DNA of 55,471 bases from an uncultured Candidatus Saccharibacteria bacterium (GTDB lineage: Bacteria; Patescibacteriota; Saccharimonadia; Saccharimonadales; CAZPPF01): assembly GCA_964588395.1 (NCBI GenBank), contig CAZPPF010000003.1, forward strand, positions 1-55,471. Direction: 5' to 3'. This document shows, piece after piece, positions 51,335 to 55,471 of this stretch (its first letter is position 1; each line of letters opens with the position of its first letter). Position numbers and translations under genes: made by a program. The notes under the pieces were generated by a model, which saw only the letters and a list, made by a program, of their open reading frames with translations, had not been told where the DNA came from and did no database searches.

Positions 51335-52251
51335 TCATTACGCTGACTGGCTCAAACCATTTTGCGCTCAATGAAGCACGGCGCAAACTTACCGGTGATT
51401 TTTTAGGTGAATACGGAGATATGGGACTTGAACGTCTTGATGGGGAAGAGGCGAGTTATGAACGCATAACTGAAGCCTCTCAGAGCTTACCATTCCTAGC
51501 CAGTAAGAAAATGGTCATATTACGGAACCCGGGCACGCAGAAACAATTTCAGGAAAATATCGATGAACTCCTCAAAAATGTGCCAGAAACCACTGATCTG
51601 ATTATTGTTGAGTCCAAACTCGACAAACGACTCAGTTACTACAAAACGCTCAAAGCCCAGACCGACTTTCGACAATTCGATCAACTAGAACCCCGTGAAT
51701 TGGCAAAATGGCTAGTTGAGCAGGCGAAACAGCAAAGTGCTAGTGTGCAACTGGTTGACGCAAACTACTTGGTCGAACGAGTAGGAGCGAACCAGGAGCT
51801 AGTCGCCAATGAGCTCGAAAAGCTTATAAGTTTTGATCCAAACATAACGCGCCGAACCATTGATCTATTGACCGAACCAACCCCACAAAGTAGTATTTTT
51901 GAACTGTTAGACGTCGCTTTTGCAGGAAATAAGAAACGGACCATGGAGCTATACAAAGAACAGCGCGCCTTAAAGGTAGAACCCCAGCAAATTGTTGCCA
52001 TGTTGGCTTGGCAGCTGCATGTGCTAGCGATAGTAAAAACAGCAGGGGACCGACCATCCGGCGAAATCGCTCGCGAAGCCAAAATCAGTCCCTTCGTGGT
52101 CCAAAAGACGCAAAGTATCGCCAGAAACCTCTCAACCCAAGATGTTAAACGATTGATACACGATGCACTGCAGCTGGATATTCGCCTCAAAAGTCAGAGT
52201 ATCGATGCCGACGAAGCACTGCAATACTTTTTGTTAACTATTTCTTCTTAG
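51331..52251 (+). CDS. holA: DNA polymerase III delta subunit
   Basis: MIITLTGSNHFALNEARRKL..., with length and helical C-terminal domains typical of HolA. ATGA overlap with the mutM stop. Convergent rpsT is the usual neighbour. Confidence 0.75.
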   Translation: MIITLTGSNHFALNEARRKLTGDFLGEYGDMGLERLDGEEASYERITEASQSLPFLASKKMVILRNPGTQKQFQENIDELLKNVPETTDLIIVESKLDKRLSYYKTLKAQTDFRQFDQLEPRELAKWLVEQAKQQSASVQLVDANYLVERVGANQELVANELEKLISFDPNITRRTIDLLTEPTPQSSIFELLDVAFAGNKKRTMELYKEQRALKVEPQQIVAMLAWQLHVLAIVKTAGDRPSGEIAREAKISPFVVQKTQSIARNLSTQDVKRLIHDALQLDIRLKSQSIDADEALQYFLLTISS

Positions 52252-52576
52252 CTGGAGCTTTTTTGGCAGCTGGTTTCTTTGCCGCAGGTTTTTTAGCTGG
52301 AGTAGCTTTCTTTGCAGCAGCTTTACCTGGCTTGACGCCGGCAGCTTTGGCTTGAGCAGCAGCCCGCTTTTGGAGGCGAGCGGCTTTGTTCTTGTGAATC
52401 ACACCTTTTTTGGCAGCTTTATCAATGGCGCTCTGAGCCTGACTCTTGGTGTCGTTTGACGCCTTGGCGCTAAAGGCTTTCAAAGCAGTCTTGAGGGTAC
52501 GTTTGGTGCGGCGGTTCCGAGCAGCCGCTTTACTAGCTATACGGACACGCTTCTTAGCAGATTTGATAATGGGCAT
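52238..52576 (-). CDS. rpsT: 30S ribosomal protein S20 with a Lys/Ala/Pro-rich C-terminal extension
   Basis: MPIIKSAKKRVRIASKAAARNRRTKRTLKTALKAF..., followed by the tail KPGKAAAKKATPAKKPAAKKPAAKKAPAKKK. Confidence 0.85.
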   Translation of the reverse strand: MPIIKSAKKRVRIASKAAARNRRTKRTLKTALKAFSAKASNDTKSQAQSAIDKAAKKGVIHKNKAARLQKRAAAQAKAAGVKPGKAAAKKATPAKKPAAKKPAAKKAPAKKK

Positions 52577-52729
52577 AGATTTCCTCTATTAGAGTTGATA
52601 ACAATATCGAAGCCAGACTATACAGGGGTCAGGCCGTTTTGTAAAGGGGAAGGGGCCCACTACTGTTGCTAAACATTACCATTTATGATAATTTGTGAAT
52701 AAGTTATATCTAAAACAAAAATCGCCATT

Positions 52730-54394
52730 ATGGACCCGCAATCGCCAGCTCCACCGCCGTCAGGGCAACCAAATCCGCCTCAGGATATTAAGGCGCAAGT
52801 AGTTGCACGCCTCAAAGAAGCCAATAATGTATTAGTCACAGTCAGCAATAACCCGTCAGTTGATCAGTTAGCTGCGGCAATTGGCTTTACATTGGTCCTA
52901 AACAAGCTTAAAAAGCATGGAACGGCCGTCTTTAGTGGCAAAGTGCCGTCTATAATTGAATTTTTGCAGCCCGAGAAAACAATCGAGAAAAACACCGATA
53001 GCCTGCGAGATTTTATTATCGCCCTCGACAAATCCAAGGCCGACAAACTGCGCTACAAAGTCGAAGACAAGTACGTAAAGATTTTTATTACGCCGTATCG
53101 GACATCAATTGGTCAACCTGACCTGGAGTTTAGCCAAGGGGACTTTAATGTTGAAGCGGTAGTGGCCCTCGGAGTTACCAAACGCGAACAACTGGACCAA
53201 GCCATTACGGCGCATGGACGAATTCTGCACGACGCAACGGTGATTGCCGTCAACAAAAAGTCTGGCAGCGAGATTGGCAACCTAAATATGACACTCCCGG
53301 ATGTCAGTAGCTTGAGTGAAGTTATGGTTGCGCTCAGCCAATCGCTCAAGGGCGAAAAAACCGACCACTTGTTTGATCAACAGATAGCTACCGCCTTTCT
53401 AACTGGAATTGTGGCCGAAACAGACCGTTTTAGTAACGACAAAACCTCACCCGAAACCATGAAAATTGCTTCGGTATTGATGGAAGCCGGTGCCAACCAG
53501 CAATTAATCGCCACCAAGCTGGAACCCCCAGCACCTCCTCCGCCTGCACCTAGCCCAGCTCCAAAACCAAACACTCCCCCTCAGCCAACGACTGGATCGA
53601 AACCAATCCAACCCCTGCCAGCCGAAGAAAGACCACCCGAGAATAAAGATGGTTCCTTGCAAATTCCACACACCGAAACGAGCCTCGAAGACCTAGCCAA
53701 GCAAACAGAAGAAGAAAACCCTGAAGAAGAACTTGATGAGATTCACATTGACGAGCAGGGAACCTTGCAACGCCTCGAAGATCTCAAAGCCGAAGAAACT
53801 AAACCAGAACCTCCACAACCCACCGAACCTGCCAAGCCAGCCGATGATAGTTATGGACGTATGATGGAGCCACCCGAGCGAGGCGGTACCCTCACAGCCA
53901 ATACCGAACAAAACGTGCTAGATCCGTCGTCAGATGCTCTCAGTCTACCCCCGGTAGATAAGCCGCTACTGCATCATGACCCAGTGAGCCCAATGTCCAG
54001 TCCGGTTGCTCCAGTAGTAAATGAGGCACCAGTTTCATCTGAATCCCACGACGCACAAACACTGGATGAAATCGAAGAAGCTGTTGATAGCCCACACATC
54101 CATCAAACAGATACCGATAAAGCTCGGGAACAAGTGGATTCCGTAACAGCAGCTAGTGAGACGCCATCGCCAATCGCCGCTCTTAATGCTCAACCGCTTG
54201 GTAATGATCTTCGCTCCGCTGGTGAGCCCCAGCAAGATTTACCGGCGAACCTGGTTGGCCCAGACCCTGGCTTGCCACCTGATAGCACGGGTACCAACAA
54301 TCCTGCTGCACCACCTCCGTTGCCACCGCCATGGACGCCCCCAACCCTGCAACCGCCTAGCGCACCAGAAGACATTCGAGACCAAGCTTTGTAG
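52730..54394 (+). CDS. NrnA-like (DHH/DHHA1 fold) protein with degenerate catalytic motifs and a disordered Pro-rich C-terminal half of about 290 aa
   Basis: IATAFLTGIVAETDRFSNDKTSPETMKIASVLMEAGAN matches the NrnA DHH-domain helix. Motif III reads VIAVNKKSG instead of xDHH, and motif I reads VSNNPSVDQ. It is located just upstream of truB, as nrnA often is. Confidence 0.65.
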   Translation: MDPQSPAPPPSGQPNPPQDIKAQVVARLKEANNVLVTVSNNPSVDQLAAAIGFTLVLNKLKKHGTAVFSGKVPSIIEFLQPEKTIEKNTDSLRDFIIALDKSKADKLRYKVEDKYVKIFITPYRTSIGQPDLEFSQGDFNVEAVVALGVTKREQLDQAITAHGRILHDATVIAVNKKSGSEIGNLNMTLPDVSSLSEVMVALSQSLKGEKTDHLFDQQIATAFLTGIVAETDRFSNDKTSPETMKIASVLMEAGANQQLIATKLEPPAPPPPAPSPAPKPNTPPQPTTGSKPIQPLPAEERPPENKDGSLQIPHTETSLEDLAKQTEEENPEEELDEIHIDEQGTLQRLEDLKAEETKPEPPQPTEPAKPADDSYGRMMEPPERGGTLTANTEQNVLDPSSDALSLPPVDKPLLHHDPVSPMSSPVAPVVNEAPVSSESHDAQTLDEIEEAVDSPHIHQTDTDKAREQVDSVTAASETPSPIAALNAQPLGNDLRSAGEPQQDLPANLVGPDPGLPPDSTGTNNPAAPPPLPPPWTPPTLQPPSAPEDIRDQAL

Positions 54395-54408
54395 TATTCT
54401 AAAGTTCT

Positions 54409-55092
54409 ATGGATGGAATTTTATTGGTAGATAAGCCTGCTGGGTGGACAAGCTTTGATGTGGTTGCCAAAGTTCGCGGCATTTTAAGGCAATCTGGCAT
54501 AAAAAAGCCCAAAGTCGGGCACACCGGTACGCTCGATCCTTTGGCCACTGGTCTCTTGGTACTAGTTTTGGGCAGCTACACCAAACGAGCGCAGGAATTC
54601 AGTAAGCTAGATAAAACCTACGAAGTGACCATGAAATTGGGTCAAACCAGCTCAACCGGGGATCAAGAAGGTGAAAAGACCATGGTTTCAGCTATAAAAC
54701 CGTCCCAGACCGATGTAGAGGCTGTTCTAGACGGTTTTATCGGGGAAAGCGAACAAATACCGCCCCAATTTTCGGCCATTAAAGTAGATGGCCAGAGGGC
54801 GTATAAGCTGGCCAGAGCAGGTAAGGAGGTCAAACTAGAGCCTCGCACGGTGAAAATCTACGAAATAATAGGTATTAAGTATGCGTATCCAGAGGTAAAA
54901 TTCATTACTAAAGTCTCGTCCGGCACGTATATTCGTTCATTGGTAGAAGATATTGGCTCAAAACTCGGTACAGGAGCATATATGACAGCCCTTAGACGCA
55001 CCAAAGTTGGCATTTTCAAGATTGAAACTGGCCAGAAAATTGAAAAAACAACAAGTGCAGAGATATTGACAAAAATAATTCAAATGATATAA
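54409..55092 (+). CDS. truB: tRNA pseudouridine(55) synthase
   Basis: MDGILLVDKPAGWTSFDVV...VGHTGTLDPLATGLLVL...PPQFSAIKVDG. Confidence 0.9.
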   Translation: MDGILLVDKPAGWTSFDVVAKVRGILRQSGIKKPKVGHTGTLDPLATGLLVLVLGSYTKRAQEFSKLDKTYEVTMKLGQTSSTGDQEGEKTMVSAIKPSQTDVEAVLDGFIGESEQIPPQFSAIKVDGQRAYKLARAGKEVKLEPRTVKIYEIIGIKYAYPEVKFITKVSSGTYIRSLVEDIGSKLGTGAYMTALRRTKVGIFKIETGQKIEKTTSAEILTKIIQMI

Positions 55093-55105
55093 TATAGATA
55101 AGTCC

Positions 55106-55375
55106 ATGAACGTAAATATTGATTGTAGCCAAGCGTGTGTTGATAAAGTCTGCCAGTGGGCAGAAGATGCCCAGGTGTGGTTTGATGAACGAATTGCCGA
55201 GGGTATGATTCCAATCAATGCCGGCAGTATCGCTTGTTCAGGCTTAAAGATTGATAAAAGATATAATATTGGATTTGTTTGTGAGCCTGAATTTGAGTCT
55301 CCAACCGTCCGTAAAGTTGACGAAAAAGAGGACTTGATTGCCGAAATTAGCTTTCGACACCCGCCAACACGTTAG
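55106..55375 (+). CDS. Hypothetical Cys-containing small protein (89 aa)
   Basis: ATG ORF between truB and the rpsO start. No domain recognised. Confidence 0.4.
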   Translation: MNVNIDCSQACVDKVCQWAEDAQVWFDERIAEGMIPINAGSIACSGLKIDKRYNIGFVCEPEFESPTVRKVDEKEDLIAEISFRHPPTR

Positions 55376-55421
55376 CTAGACTTGCCTTAACAGGGAAGAT
55401 GTGCTAGGATTGAGTACAACA

Positions 55422-55471
55422 ATGATTTCTAGTGAGAAGAAACAAGCAGTCGTCAAGGATCTGCAGCTAAA
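55422..55471 (+). CDS. rpsO: 30S ribosomal protein S15, N-terminal 16 codons (continues beyond the window)
   Basis: MISSEKKQAVVKDLQL resembles S15 N-termini (MAITQERKNQLINEF...), and rpsO commonly follows truB. Very little sequence is visible. Confidence 0.45.
   Translation, partial: MISSEKKQAVVKDLQL

Overview
This 55.5-kb window is about 90% coding and uses the standard genetic code (TGA ends groEL and mutM at their expected lengths). I ran no searches; every call comes from reading the translations and the DNA by eye.

The housekeeping backbone is valS, tsaD, a MurE-like ligase, groES-groEL behind a CIRCE operator, argS, dnaG-rpoD, polA, mutM-holA, rpsT, truB, the start of rpsO, and one tRNA-Ser(CGA). 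Between these lie many membrane-anchored orphan proteins and almost no biosynthetic genes. Other notable genes are an actinobacterial-type Rpf domain, a DesA-like acyl-ACP desaturase, a CarS-like gene and a sortase-type sorting signal. This content suggests a reduced-genome Patescibacteria/CPR bacterium, possibly Saccharibacteria-like. That placement is inference only.

I found no rRNA, CRISPR array, transposase or integrase.

Most interesting observations:
- A non-coding stretch of about 790 nt (14003-14792) holds an element of about 407 nt. It has a tight three-way junction, 51 bp of almost perfect long helices, a GNRA hairpin and its own intrinsic terminator. I could not assign it to any RNA class I know.
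- That element abuts a GC3-rich, apparently foreign 138-aa orphan gene.
- Three full-length sigma-70 (group 1/2-like) genes lie within 10 kb.
- The DnaG zinc-binding domain has lost all four metal ligands.
- A translationally coupled operon encodes a CDP-alcohol phosphatidyltransferase, a PHP phosphatase and a CarS-like cytidylyltransferase, next to a PIG-L deacetylase.
- An NrnA-like protein has its DHH motif replaced and carries a long Pro-rich tail.
- Leaderless gene starts are pervasive. In one case a palindromic -10 box is shared by the divergent tsaD and murE-like genes.
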